Shown: positions 29,699 to 39,122, counted from the stretch's first letter. The stretch: 64,000 nucleotides of DNA from Gammaproteobacteria bacterium (GCA_037388705.1 JARRJY010000002.1:164-64163); one strand, 5' to 3'. Notes: generated from the letters alone by a model not told the origin. Made by a program: numbers and translations.

Positions 29699-30766
29699 AT
29701 GACTGAACAAGTAATTCCACAAAACCAGCAATACCAGTTACATGAAACCTGTTTGCAGGAGAAACTGGAGGATGGTACCACCCGCTGTAATCTCTGTTTA
29801 TGGCGATGTCGTTTGGTTCATGGGCAGCGTGGTTTTTGCCAGGCGCATGTGAATCGCCACGGTACTTTGTATAACCTTTCTTACGGTATTATTTCGGCCA
29901 TTGATATTGGTCCAATTGAAGATAAACCTGTTAAGCATTTCCAGCCCGGTACTAAAGCTATGTCCATTGGCAGTTACGGTTGTAATTTCCGTTGCCAGGG
30001 ATGTCATAACCTTGAAATTTCATGGGGTGTGGAAGCACTGGATGAGCTGGCTAAAGGCGAGTCCACTTCAGCCTACGTATCTCCTGAAGAAATGGTTGAA
30101 GCCGCTTTACGTCATAAGGTACAGGGGATTGCGTTTACCTATTCAGAACCGGCAGTCTGGCTGGAGTACGTACTGGATGTATCAAGATTGGCCAGGGAAA
30201 AGGGACTATATACGGTTTATGTATCCAACAGTTTTGTTACGGATGAAGCACTGGAGTTAATGGCACCCTACGTTGATGTTTTATGTTCAGATATAAAAAG
30301 CCTCGATGATGAGTTTTATCATGCTATTTGTCCCAAGGCGGATGTGAAACAGGTACTAAGCTCTATCAAAAAGGCCCAGCAGCTGGGGATCCATGTGGAA
30401 ACCCGTACCAATATCATCCCGGGGAAAAATGATGACATCAACATGATAAGCGATATCGCTGAATGGATTAAAGATAACCTGGGTGAAGAGAGTCCATGGC
30501 ATATCACCAAATTTTTTCCCGCCTTCCAGCTGTCTCATATTCCGGCAACACCTTCAGAAGTTTTGAGAGAAGCGTTTCTGGTTGCACAGTCAGTCGGACT
30601 TAAGAATGTTTACATGTATGATGATAAAGGTTGTGATTGTGCAACAGAGAACCTTCCGGTTGATGCCTACCTGGAAGGTAATCCCGACGATATACACCAG
30701 GTAAAGAAATGCTCGGCCAGTTGCTGTGGTGATGAAGGTATTCTGCTTAAAAAATATGAAAAGTAG
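29699..30766 (+). CDS. radical SAM enzyme, PflA-like / AmmeMemoRadiSam-type
   Basis: N-terminal CNLCLWRCRLVHGQRGFC, PIEDKPVKHFQPG, and CX3CX2C (GCNFRCQGC, nt 29981-30004). The C-terminus is Cys-rich (CDC...CSASCC). Confidence 0.8.
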   Translation: MTEQVIPQNQQYQLHETCLQEKLEDGTTRCNLCLWRCRLVHGQRGFCQAHVNRHGTLYNLSYGIISAIDIGPIEDKPVKHFQPGTKAMSIGSYGCNFRCQGCHNLEISWGVEALDELAKGESTSAYVSPEEMVEAALRHKVQGIAFTYSEPAVWLEYVLDVSRLAREKGLYTVYVSNSFVTDEALELMAPYVDVLCSDIKSLDDEFYHAICPKADVKQVLSSIKKAQQLGIHVETRTNIIPGKNDDINMISDIAEWIKDNLGEESPWHITKFFPAFQLSHIPATPSEVLREAFLVAQSVGLKNVYMYDDKGCDCATENLPVDAYLEGNPDDIHQVKKCSASCCGDEGILLKKYEK

Positions 30767-30806
30767 TGATAGGCTAGACCTTTCATAACAATAAGCGTAT
30801 TTAAAC

Positions 30807-31595
30807 GTGAGCAATTCAATCCATCCAACAGCCATTGTGTCACCCCAAGCAGAGTTAGGTGAGGGGAATACGATTGGCCCTTTCGTTCATATTCACGATA
30901 ACGTACGTATTGGTAACAATAACCGGTTTATGACCGGAAGTGTCCTGAAACAAGGGGTAACCCTGGCAGATCACAATACAATACATGAATACGCAGTACT
31001 CGGTGGTGAGCCACAGGACCTGGGCTTTAATGGCCATGTTTCATTTGTTGAGATTGGCTCGGGAAATGTATTCCGGGAAAGTGTCACGGTGCATCGTTCG
31101 AAAAGCGTGGATGAAACCACGCGTGTGGGTAATGAAAATTTTCTGATGGCCAATGTACATATTGGTCATGATTGCCAGCTGGCGAATAATGTTGTTATCG
31201 CCCCCAGTTCTGGCCTGGGTGGTTTTGTCACAGTGGATGACAAGGCATTTATTTCCGGTGGGGTGATGGTGCACCAGTTTGTGAATATTGGCCGCCTGGC
31301 GATGGTTGGAGGAAACAGCAAGATTACCCAGGATGTATTACCTTTCATGACAACGGATGGCAACCCGGCACAGGTTCATGGACTGAATGTGGTTGGCTTA
31401 AGAAGAGCAGGTTTTAACAAGGCAGCGTTATCTGAGCTAAAACAGGCCTATCGCATCTTATTTAGCAGCAATGAAAGACTGGACAACAAGCTTGAGGAGT
31501 TACGTCAACTTCCGGGTGATGCAGTCGCATACCTGGTTGATTTTATTGCTACTGCCAAACGCGGTTTTCACCGTGGGAAATCAGAAACTGACTGA
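30807..31595 (+). CDS. lpxA: acyl-ACP--UDP-N-acetylglucosamine O-acyltransferase (LpxA family), outside the canonical lpxD-fabZ-lpxA-lpxB context
   Basis: IHPTAIV plus hexapeptide repeats, HIGHDC, VHQF and GLNVVGLRRAGF...AYRILF align well with E. coli LpxA as I recall it. GTG start. Confidence 0.75.
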   Translation: MSNSIHPTAIVSPQAELGEGNTIGPFVHIHDNVRIGNNNRFMTGSVLKQGVTLADHNTIHEYAVLGGEPQDLGFNGHVSFVEIGSGNVFRESVTVHRSKSVDETTRVGNENFLMANVHIGHDCQLANNVVIAPSSGLGGFVTVDDKAFISGGVMVHQFVNIGRLAMVGGNSKITQDVLPFMTTDGNPAQVHGLNVVGLRRAGFNKAALSELKQAYRILFSSNERLDNKLEELRQLPGDAVAYLVDFIATAKRGFHRGKSETD

Positions 31596-31751
31596 TTTAC
31601 CTGTGATTTTTCATCTTATGTGAACTTTATTTGCGCTGTTTCAAAGGGTACAATGCCCGCAACAAAGTGACAGAAACTGATATTCAGACCCCTTTACCCA
31701 CAATTCAAAATAACCAAGTATTTGATTTTGCTATTTTAAAACGAGATATCC

Positions 31752-32267
31752 ATGTCGAAACAATCCAGCTTTACACGAGAAGAATTATTAAAATGTGGCC
31801 ACGGTGAATTATTTGGTCCTGGTAATGCACAATTACCTTTACCTCCAATGTTAATGTTCGATCGCATTACCAATATCTCAGAAGAAGGTGGGGTTCATGG
31901 TAAAGGGCAAATTATCGCCGAACTGGATATTAATCCGGACTTGTGGTTTTTCGAGTGCCACTTTGAAGGTGATCCGGTCATGCCGGGTTGTCTGGGACTG
32001 GATGCCATGTGGCAGCTGGTAGGTTTTTATCTCGGCTGGATGGGTGGTCCCGGACATGGTCGTGCGTTGGGTTCAGGTGAAGTAAAGTTTTCTGGCCAGG
32101 TAACACCGGATGTCAAAAAGATCACCTATTATATAGATCTGAAACGCCTCATTATGCGCAAATTATTTATGGGTATCGCCGACGCACGCATGGAGGCGGA
32201 TGGTAAGGAAATTTATGTCGCCAAGGATCTGAGAGTAGGTTTGTTTACATCAACAGAAGGTTTCTAA
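31752..32267 (+). CDS. fabA: 3-hydroxydecanoyl-ACP dehydratase/isomerase
   Basis: 171 aa. [13 protein letters not shown]...[24 protein letters not shown] is the FabA active-site region. Confidence 0.93.
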   Translation: MSKQSSFTREELLKCGHGELFGPGNAQLPLPPMLMFDRITNISEEGGVHGKGQIIAELDINPDLWFFECHFEGDPVMPGCLGLDAMWQLVGFYLGWMGGPGHGRALGSGEVKFSGQVTPDVKKITYYIDLKRLIMRKLFMGIADARMEADGKEIYVAKDLRVGLFTSTEGF

Positions 32268-32272
32268 CAATC

Positions 32273-33493
32273 ATGACAAGACGAGTGGTAGTCACAGGCT
32301 TGGGGATTGTTTCAAGCATCGGTAACAATAAGCAGGAAGTTAAAGACTCCCTGTATGAAGGCCGTTCAGGAATTGAGTTTTGCCAGGAATATGCCGATCT
32401 GGGTTTTCGCTCCCAGATACACGGTTCCTTGCATATTGATCTGGATAGTTTGATTGATCGCAAGTTAAAACGTTTCATGGGTGATGGTGCTGCCTATAAT
32501 TATGTTGCCATGCAGCAGGCTGTCGAAGATTCTGGTCTTGAAGAATCTGATATTTCAAATCCGCGAGCCGGGATTGTTATGGGCTCTGGTGGCCCTTCCA
32601 CGCAAAACATTGTGCAAGCAGCAGATGTATTGCGTGAAAAAGGTATTAAACGAGTTGGTCCTTACATGGTAACCCGTGGCATGTCGAGTACTAATTCTGC
32701 ATGTCTCGCTACACCTTTCAAAATCAAGGGTGTGAATTATTCAATAAGTTCAGCCTGTTCCACCAGTGCGCACTGTATTGGTAATGGTGCGGAGTTAATC
32801 CAGTTTGGTAAGCAAGACATTGTTTTTGCTGGTGGCGGAGAGGAGCTACACTGGACCTTATCGGTATTATTTGACGGTATGGGTGCCATGTCATCCAAGT
32901 ACAATGAGGCACCAGAGACAGCTTCAAGAACGTATGATGCTAACCGTGACGGTTTTGTAATCTCAGGTGGTGCAGGTGTACTGGTTCTGGAGGAACTGGA
33001 ACATGCGAAAGCACGTGGCGCGAAAATTTATGGGGAATTAACCGGATACGGGGCAACCTCAGACGGTTTTGATATGGTGGCACCTTCTGGTGAAGGAGCA
33101 GTTCGTTGCATGCAGCAAGCCATGGCAACGGTAAGCAAACCGATTGATTACATTAACTCACATGGCACCAGTACCCCGGTCGGTGATATCCGTGAGCTGG
33201 AAGCCATCAGTGAAGTATTTACAGATAAAGTACCTTATATTTCCGCAACCAAGTCATTAACTGGCCATGCTTTAGGTGCAGCAGGTGTTAATGAAGCCAT
33301 CTATTCTTTGATCATGATGGAATCCGGTTTTGTTTCAGCTTCGGCTAATATTGTCGACCTGGATGAAGGGGCAGAAGGTTTCCCGATTGCACGTGAACGA
33401 ATAGATACTGAGCTAAACTGTGTAATGTCCAATAGTTTCGGCTTTGGTGGTACTAATGCCACCCTGGTATTCGAACGTTACAATGATAAATAA
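32273..33493 (+). CDS. fabB: beta-ketoacyl-ACP synthase I
   Basis: 406 aa. KAS I motifs ([33 protein letters not shown]), located directly downstream of fabA. Confidence 0.93.
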   Translation: MTRRVVVTGLGIVSSIGNNKQEVKDSLYEGRSGIEFCQEYADLGFRSQIHGSLHIDLDSLIDRKLKRFMGDGAAYNYVAMQQAVEDSGLEESDISNPRAGIVMGSGGPSTQNIVQAADVLREKGIKRVGPYMVTRGMSSTNSACLATPFKIKGVNYSISSACSTSAHCIGNGAELIQFGKQDIVFAGGGEELHWTLSVLFDGMGAMSSKYNEAPETASRTYDANRDGFVISGGAGVLVLEELEHAKARGAKIYGELTGYGATSDGFDMVAPSGEGAVRCMQQAMATVSKPIDYINSHGTSTPVGDIRELEAISEVFTDKVPYISATKSLTGHALGAAGVNEAIYSLIMMESGFVSASANIVDLDEGAEGFPIARERIDTELNCVMSNSFGFGGTNATLVFERYNDK

Positions 33494-33516
33494 ATGAATG
33501 TGGACGATTCATAAGT

Positions 33517-34629
33517 ATGATGAATCGTAAACTCTTTATATGCCATTTTATAACTGCAGTATTTTTTCTGTGTTTATCTGCAGCCGCATCCGCTGTCAGC
33601 AAGTTACCTTTACATAAAATAAAACTGCCTTCGGGGTTCAACATCGAGCTATATGCCGATAATGTTCCGAATGCCCGGTCCCTGGTACTAGGTAAAATGG
33701 GAACGGTGTTTGTCAGTACGCGTACTGAAGGCAAGGTTTATGCACTCGTCGATAGTGATAATGATTTCCGTGCGGATAAAAAATATATTATTGCTGAAGA
33801 TCTGTTGATGCCCAACGGCGTAGCCTTCCGTAACGGATCATTATTCGTAGCTGCAGTAAACCGGGTTCTCCGCTTTGATAACATTGAACAACGGCTCGCA
33901 GATCCGCCGAGGCCAGTTATCGTGAATGATGATTTTCCTTCAGAGCGCGCTCATGGATGGCGTTTTATTCGCATCGGCCCGGACAATAAACTTTATATTC
34001 CAGTTGGTGCACCCTGTAATGTTTGTGACAAAGAAGGTTATGCATTAATTGCACGCATGAACCTGAATGGAAGTAACAAAGAAATCTACGCGAGGGGTAT
34101 TAGAAATACCGTGGGCTTTGACTGGCACCCGCTAACAGGTGAATTGTGGTTTACCGATAATGGCCGTGACATGCTGGGTGATGATGTTCCTCCCGATGAA
34201 CTCAACCATGCACCACGACAGGGTATGCATTTTGGATATCCCTATTGTCATGGCAAATCTGTTATTGATCCGGAATTTGGTACGGGAGATTCATGTAAAC
34301 AACATACTCCACCGGCTCAGGAACTTGGGCCACATGTAGCGGCATTGGGTATGCGGTTTTATATCGGGAAAATGTTTCCTGCAGAGTACCGCAATCAAAT
34401 TTTCATTGCAGAGCACGGTTCCTGGAACCGGAGTAAAAAAATCGGTTATCGAATAAGCCTGGTTAAACTACAAAATAACAGGGCTGTCAGTTATACACCG
34501 TTTGCTACAGGCTGGCTGGAAGGGCAATCTGCCTGGGGCAGGCCTGTCGATATTATGCATTTACTGGATGGTTCCTTGCTGGTATCTGATGACAAGGCAG
34601 GGGTAATTTATCGTATCTCTTATAAATAA
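33517..34629 (+). CDS. PQQ-dependent sugar (sorbosone-type) dehydrogenase family protein, secreted
   Basis: Signal peptide. PNGVAF, GIRNTVGFDWHPLTGELWFTDNGRDMLGDDVPPDELN and EHGSWNR are beta-propeller GDH-B/SNDH motifs. Confidence 0.75.
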   Translation: MMNRKLFICHFITAVFFLCLSAAASAVSKLPLHKIKLPSGFNIELYADNVPNARSLVLGKMGTVFVSTRTEGKVYALVDSDNDFRADKKYIIAEDLLMPNGVAFRNGSLFVAAVNRVLRFDNIEQRLADPPRPVIVNDDFPSERAHGWRFIRIGPDNKLYIPVGAPCNVCDKEGYALIARMNLNGSNKEIYARGIRNTVGFDWHPLTGELWFTDNGRDMLGDDVPPDELNHAPRQGMHFGYPYCHGKSVIDPEFGTGDSCKQHTPPAQELGPHVAALGMRFYIGKMFPAEYRNQIFIAEHGSWNRSKKIGYRISLVKLQNNRAVSYTPFATGWLEGQSAWGRPVDIMHLLDGSLLVSDDKAGVIYRISYK

Positions 34630-35388
34630 TTACTTTAACCTGCGCAGGTTAAGGTTGATTGTATCGATTATTTGATAACTTGCCGGATTAAATACCGCGA
34701 TCTTTTCCCCGTATCGGCAACTAACGGGGAAAAACATTAGCCTGTTACTGTATTTCTGGTAAGCAATGAGCCTGTCCTGTACATCAAGCGGGATTTTTCT
34801 GGTTAGTACATCCTTGATAAGTACAGATGCCAGGTCGATATTCTTATTCTTTATGCTGTTAATACTTTCCGGCGAAAACTGCCTGAAATATTCACCAAAC
34901 ATGTGTAATGGCGTAGCTGTTTGCAGCGCTTTTAAGAGAACTTTATTCAGGGAATCAGCTTCTTTTGGTAAGTCACTGTAGATTAAACATGGCGTGGAGC
35001 TACAACTTTTATCAAGTAGTTCAGCCGGAGCTTTTGACATTTTATACTGGTATTTCGTCAAAGGCTTAAAATAATAGTCTGCAAACACGATCACATAAGG
35101 CCTGTCCGTGTAAATAATCCATGTTCCCCAGCAAAGTGCCGCCGCCTGGATAATAGCGATAAGCCATAAATCAAATTTCAAACCCGCTTTGCCTGGTTTA
35201 AAGAGAACGAGTGTAAGCAGGGGGCCAAGGACAAGCATAACGCCTGCCATTAACTGTATTCCTTGCCAGCCACCATCATCTGTAAACAGGAAACCTGGAT
35301 ACCAGTGATAATAAGTTACATACAGAAGGATCAAAAAGATCAGAAAACTTATACCAAGATGTAATAAAAAAGCTTTGCTGCGAGTCAT
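34630..35388 (-). CDS. membrane protein resembling type IV pilin accessory protein (FimB-like)
   Basis: N-terminal AFLLHLGISFLIFLIL...WYPGFLF..DGGWQG...VLGPLLTLVLFKPGK..LKFDL resembles that family from memory. No pilin gene is adjacent. Confidence 0.45.
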   Translation of the reverse strand: MTRSKAFLLHLGISFLIFLILLYVTYYHWYPGFLFTDDGGWQGIQLMAGVMLVLGPLLTLVLFKPGKAGLKFDLWLIAIIQAAALCWGTWIIYTDRPYVIVFADYYFKPLTKYQYKMSKAPAELLDKSCSSTPCLIYSDLPKEADSLNKVLLKALQTATPLHMFGEYFRQFSPESINSIKNKNIDLASVLIKDVLTRKIPLDVQDRLIAYQKYSNRLMFFPVSCRYGEKIAVFNPASYQIIDTINLNLRRLK

Positions 35389-35412
35389 CTGGAATTCCGA
35401 AGAAATACTTAA

Positions 35413-36486
35413 TCAGATATTGATGCCTAAAAATTCGAGTAGGGGTTTGATTTGTTTCTTGATGCTTTCTTTATACTGTTCAAGGTTTGCAGTTTGACCT
35501 TTGTTCAGCCAGTCCATGGCAGTATTAAGATCAATGGCAGCTTCTTTTTCTTTTGCGACATCAGAATGGGCAATAACACGATTGCCCCCGGTCTGGATGG
35601 CCTGTTTTAAATAAACCTCTGTTTGTTCAAGCTGTTTCTCAACCTCGGCGGCTTCATCGATACCTGGTTCCAGAAGACCAATACTGACCGTAATCCTTAA
35701 CGAGGTATCGCCACTTTTGAACTTGAGGCCGGACACTTCTTTACATATACGCTCTGACATATTGATAGCTTCATCCATGCTGGTTGAGCGTAACAACATG
35801 GCAAATTTTGCCAGTCCTATACGTGCCAGCATGTCTTCCTGGCGGACTGCCTTTCTTAGTCGATTGCCAACTTCTTTCAGTATACCGTCAGCAAATGCTT
35901 TCCCGGCCTTGATAAAGATTGAATCAAAATTATCAATATCCATTCGTAACAACAGATGCTGACCACCATGACGTTTAAGATAAGCAAGTGTCTCATTGGC
36001 AGCCTTGCAGAAATACCGTTGTCCACCAAGGCCGGTGGTTTCATCAACGGCTGACTGGCGTTCCAGTTTGTTTTCAACTTCAGTAAGTTTCTTGGAGGTA
36101 TTAACATGGGTTTTGGCGCGGGCCTGTAATTGAATCGAGTCAAACGGCTTGGTAATAAAGTCGGTGGCACCCCTGGACAAGGCGTCCTGCTTGGTTTCAT
36201 CATCATCTTCCTTGCCGGTGATGATAATTACCGGCATATCCTTGAATCTTGGGTCATCCGAGGTACGGATTCTTTCCAGCAAGCCGAATCCATCAAGGTA
36301 TGGCATGGACAAATCGGTAAATACGACCTGGATCTGATCATCGTTGGTCAGGAAAGTCCAGGCGTCTTCTCCATGTTCCGCCTCAATCACGTCATACTCT
36401 TTGCCTAGTACCTTGGAAATGGCGCGGCGCATTACACGGGAATCATCAACAGCAAGAATGCGAGGTTTGTTGTTATTGTCAGTCAC
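35413..36486 (-). CDS. response regulator: REC domain + degenerate GGDEF domain (A-site GLAKF, RxxD I-site retained)
   Basis: REC: ILAVDDS...VVFTDLSMP...ITKP. GGDEF fold: DETTGLGGQRYF...MDIDNFDSI. RQED-MLARI-GLAKF (nt 35803-35844) replaces RxxD-x5-GG(D/E)EF. Confidence 0.8.
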   Translation of the reverse strand: MTDNNNKPRILAVDDSRVMRRAISKVLGKEYDVIEAEHGEDAWTFLTNDDQIQVVFTDLSMPYLDGFGLLERIRTSDDPRFKDMPVIIITGKEDDDETKQDALSRGATDFITKPFDSIQLQARAKTHVNTSKKLTEVENKLERQSAVDETTGLGGQRYFCKAANETLAYLKRHGGQHLLLRMDIDNFDSIFIKAGKAFADGILKEVGNRLRKAVRQEDMLARIGLAKFAMLLRSTSMDEAINMSERICKEVSGLKFKSGDTSLRITVSIGLLEPGIDEAAEVEKQLEQTEVYLKQAIQTGGNRVIAHSDVAKEKEAAIDLNTAMDWLNKGQTANLEQYKESIKKQIKPLLEFLGINI

Positions 36487-36732
36487 TAAGATCTCTTCAG
36501 GTATGCAGCTTAGGTCATGCAGCTGTTTGCATCAGTAAGTTATCCTTCTACTGACCCTATATTCATAGAAAAACTGTCAGATTTCAATAGCTTGAATTAA
36601 AATGGTGCGGTGTCAGGAGCTTTGCTGTTATTGGAGTAGGGAAGCTGGGTTTTATAAAGGAAAAAATTACACCAAGAACTGACGACTCGCAAAATTTGCA
36701 AATAACCACCTGTTTTAAAAAGGAAAAATAAC

Positions 36733-37239
36733 ATGAAACTGGTTGTAAAAATTATTATTGGATCCCTATTTATATTTCAGTTTTCCTCGGGGCTGGCCGA
36801 TACAGTAACTAATGACAAGCGGCTGGCCGGCCATCCTGCAACACCATTAGAAAAATTGTGGGAATTGTCTGATAGCCCGGATTGGGAAGTTCGCGAAACG
36901 CTAGGCAGAAACCGGAAAGCTCCTGAGGACTTACTGGGTAAACTGGCCAGCGATAAAAATATACATGTGCGGATTGCGGTTGCGACTAACTTAAGTACCA
37001 CAGAAGCAATCTATAAAAAACTGGCACAGGACAGAGAAATAGCCGTACGGAGTGTCGTGGCACGGTTCGAATACATTCCAGAGAAAATTCTGGAGGTCCT
37101 GGCCAATGATGAAGAAGTAGATATAAGAGTAGAGGTTGCGAGAAACCTGAACGCTTCTAAGGCAACCTTGATGAAATTAAGTAAAGATAGTCATGTTGAA
37201 GTGAGTCATATAGCAAATCAAAGACTGCAACAACAGTAA
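36733..37239 (+). CDS. secreted HEAT/leucine-rich-variant (LRV) repeat protein
   Basis: Signal peptide, then tandem ~23-aa repeats of the type D..VR..VA.NL....L.KLA.D. Confidence 0.5.
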   Translation: MKLVVKIIIGSLFIFQFSSGLADTVTNDKRLAGHPATPLEKLWELSDSPDWEVRETLGRNRKAPEDLLGKLASDKNIHVRIAVATNLSTTEAIYKKLAQDREIAVRSVVARFEYIPEKILEVLANDEEVDIRVEVARNLNASKATLMKLSKDSHVEVSHIANQRLQQQ

Positions 37240-37271
37240 CCAGGCATAGAGTGATAGGAAGTAGTTAAGAA

Positions 37272-38171
37272 ATGAGTGATCAGTATCAGGAGTTTAGAAA
37301 TTATTCAGCAACACCCGATGAACTTGTTTCTGGGATTGTCAGCCTGGTTTCATTACCGGAAGTTTATCTCCGTGTAAATGAAATGCTGGACGACCCCAAT
37401 ACAACTGCAAAAGCAATTGGCAAGGTATTGAGCCAGGATACCGGTCTTACTGCCAGGTTATTACGAGTCGCAAATAATCCACTATATGGATATACAGCTA
37501 AAGTGGATACAGTTTCTCGTGCCGTTTCAGTTGTCGGATTACGTGAATTGCGGAAACTGGTTTTGTCTGCTTCTGCGATGGAAAACTTCTCAAAAATTCC
37601 AAGTGATGTTCTCAATATGGTGCGTTATTGGCGGCATAGTGTTTACTGTGGTGTCGTTGCGCAGTTGCTGGCAGAACGTTGTAATGTCTTACATAGTGAA
37701 CGTTTATTCATAGCAGGCCTGCTACACGACATTGGTAAACTAGTGATCGCTGAACGTACTCCCAACCAGGCCAGGGAGTCTATCGAGGTATCAGCAGAAA
37801 AAAGTATTCTCGATTTTGAAGCAGAAAAATTAGTAATGGGGTACAACCACTCAGAAATTGGCGGAAAGTTATTACGCGCATGGAGAATGCCGTCTACTTT
37901 ATGTGATGCAGTTGAATTCCATCACGAACCACTGAAGGCAAAAAATGCACTGATAGAAACCTGCCTGGTGCATATCGCCAACGCAATGACCGGTATGGCT
38001 GAGAGAGGTCTGGATGCTGATAACGATATGATGATAGAACCTGTCGTTGATGAAGCCTGGAAAATTACCGGCCTGGATGAATCTATTATTGAATCCGTAC
38101 TACTGGAGGCGGGGCCTTTATTTACTGAATCTCTGGAATCGATTTTGCCTCGCTCCTACCAATCTTATTAA
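37272..38171 (+). CDS. HDOD domain-containing signalling protein
   Basis: LPEVYLRVNEMLDDPNTTAKAIGKVLSQDTGLTARLLRVANNPLYG...VSVVGLRELRKLVL...LLHDIGKLV. Confidence 0.85.
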   Translation: MSDQYQEFRNYSATPDELVSGIVSLVSLPEVYLRVNEMLDDPNTTAKAIGKVLSQDTGLTARLLRVANNPLYGYTAKVDTVSRAVSVVGLRELRKLVLSASAMENFSKIPSDVLNMVRYWRHSVYCGVVAQLLAERCNVLHSERLFIAGLLHDIGKLVIAERTPNQARESIEVSAEKSILDFEAEKLVMGYNHSEIGGKLLRAWRMPSTLCDAVEFHHEPLKAKNALIETCLVHIANAMTGMAERGLDADNDMMIEPVVDEAWKITGLDESIIESVLLEAGPLFTESLESILPRSYQSY

Positions 38172-38204
38172 ACTTTACCTATCATGCTGCATGATAGGTA
38201 AAGT
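38172..38204 (+). promoter_or_regulatory. perfect 15-bp-stem hairpin (3-nt loop) between HDOD and mazG, covering the mazG Shine-Dalgarno region
   Basis: ACTTTACCTATCATG-CTG-CATGATAGGTAAAGT. The right arm contains AGGTAAAG and ends 2 nt before the mazG ATG (38207). Confidence 0.5.
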
Positions 38205-38206
38205 TA

Positions 38207-38992
38207 ATGTCTCATAACATCGATAATCTTCTTTCCATAATGGCCCAACTCAGGGATCCTGAGACAGGTTGTCCGTGGGACCAGGAGCAGGACTACAAAT
38301 CCTTAACGCGCTATACACTTGAAGAAGCCTACGAAGTCATTGATGTCATTGAAAATGACCAGTTAAACGAGCTTCCCGATGAGCTGGGTGATTTATTATT
38401 CCAGATTGTTTTTTATTCTCAGCTGGGACGGGAACAGGGTAAGTTTGACTTCACTGACGTGGTTGATGCGATTAGTGACAAATTGATCCGCAGACATCCA
38501 CATGTCTTTGCTGATGAACAGGTTAACGACGCTGAAGATCAAACCAGGGCCTGGGAAAAGCATAAAGCCGCCGAGCGTAAAGAAAAAGCAGCCGAACATA
38601 AACACAATTTACTGGATGGCATCAGCAGGGCATTACCGGCGAGCACGCGGGCCATCAAGTTACAAAAGCGTGCTGCACAGGTAAATTTTGACTGGCCAGA
38701 TACAAAAGGCGTGGTTGAAAAGCTTCATGAAGAGATTGCTGAACTTGAACAGGCCCAGCAGGCTGGTGACAAGCCACATATCGCTGAAGAACTGGGGGAT
38801 CTTTTATTTACCTGTATTAACCTGGTTCGTCACTTTGGAGAAGACCCGGAAAGTGTACTGCGTGCCTGTAATACCCGGTTTGAACAGCGCTTTAAACACA
38901 TGGAAGATCTGCTTGCACAACAAGGTGGCATAAAGAATGTTGAGCGTGCTAAGTTAGAATGGGCATGGCAACAGGCAAAGAAATCAAAATAA
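38207..38992 (+). CDS. mazG: nucleoside triphosphate pyrophosphohydrolase
   Basis: LRDPETGCPWDQEQDYKSL..YTLEEAYEV...ELGDLLF appears twice, consistent with tandem MazG domains. Confidence 0.9.
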   Translation: MSHNIDNLLSIMAQLRDPETGCPWDQEQDYKSLTRYTLEEAYEVIDVIENDQLNELPDELGDLLFQIVFYSQLGREQGKFDFTDVVDAISDKLIRRHPHVFADEQVNDAEDQTRAWEKHKAAERKEKAAEHKHNLLDGISRALPASTRAIKLQKRAAQVNFDWPDTKGVVEKLHEEIAELEQAQQAGDKPHIAEELGDLLFTCINLVRHFGEDPESVLRACNTRFEQRFKHMEDLLAQQGGIKNVERAKLEWAWQQAKKSK

Positions 38993-38997
38993 AAAAT

Positions 38998-39044
38998 TGC
39001 ACTAACAAAGCGCAATAAAATTATAAACGCACAATAAAAGTGCA
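38998..39044 (+). promoter_or_regulatory. two NtrC-type enhancer sites (TGCACC-N5-GGTGCA-like), centres 30 bp apart
   Basis: TGCACT-AACAA-AGCGCA (38998-39014) and CGCACA-ATAAA-AGTGCA (39028-39044), lying 65-110 bp upstream of the sigma54 element. Confidence 0.5.
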
Positions 39045-39106
39045 TTTTATTCTTTAATTTATTATTACCGAAAACTTAACTCTTTGATTTGTAATAAATT
39101 TCATTT

Positions 39107-39122
39107 TGGTGCAATTCTTGCA
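39107..39122 (+). promoter_or_regulatory. sigma54 (-24/-12) promoter
   Basis: TGGTGC-AATTC-TTGCA against consensus TGGCAC-N5-TTGCA. The GG and GC dinucleotides have exact spacing. Confidence 0.6.
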
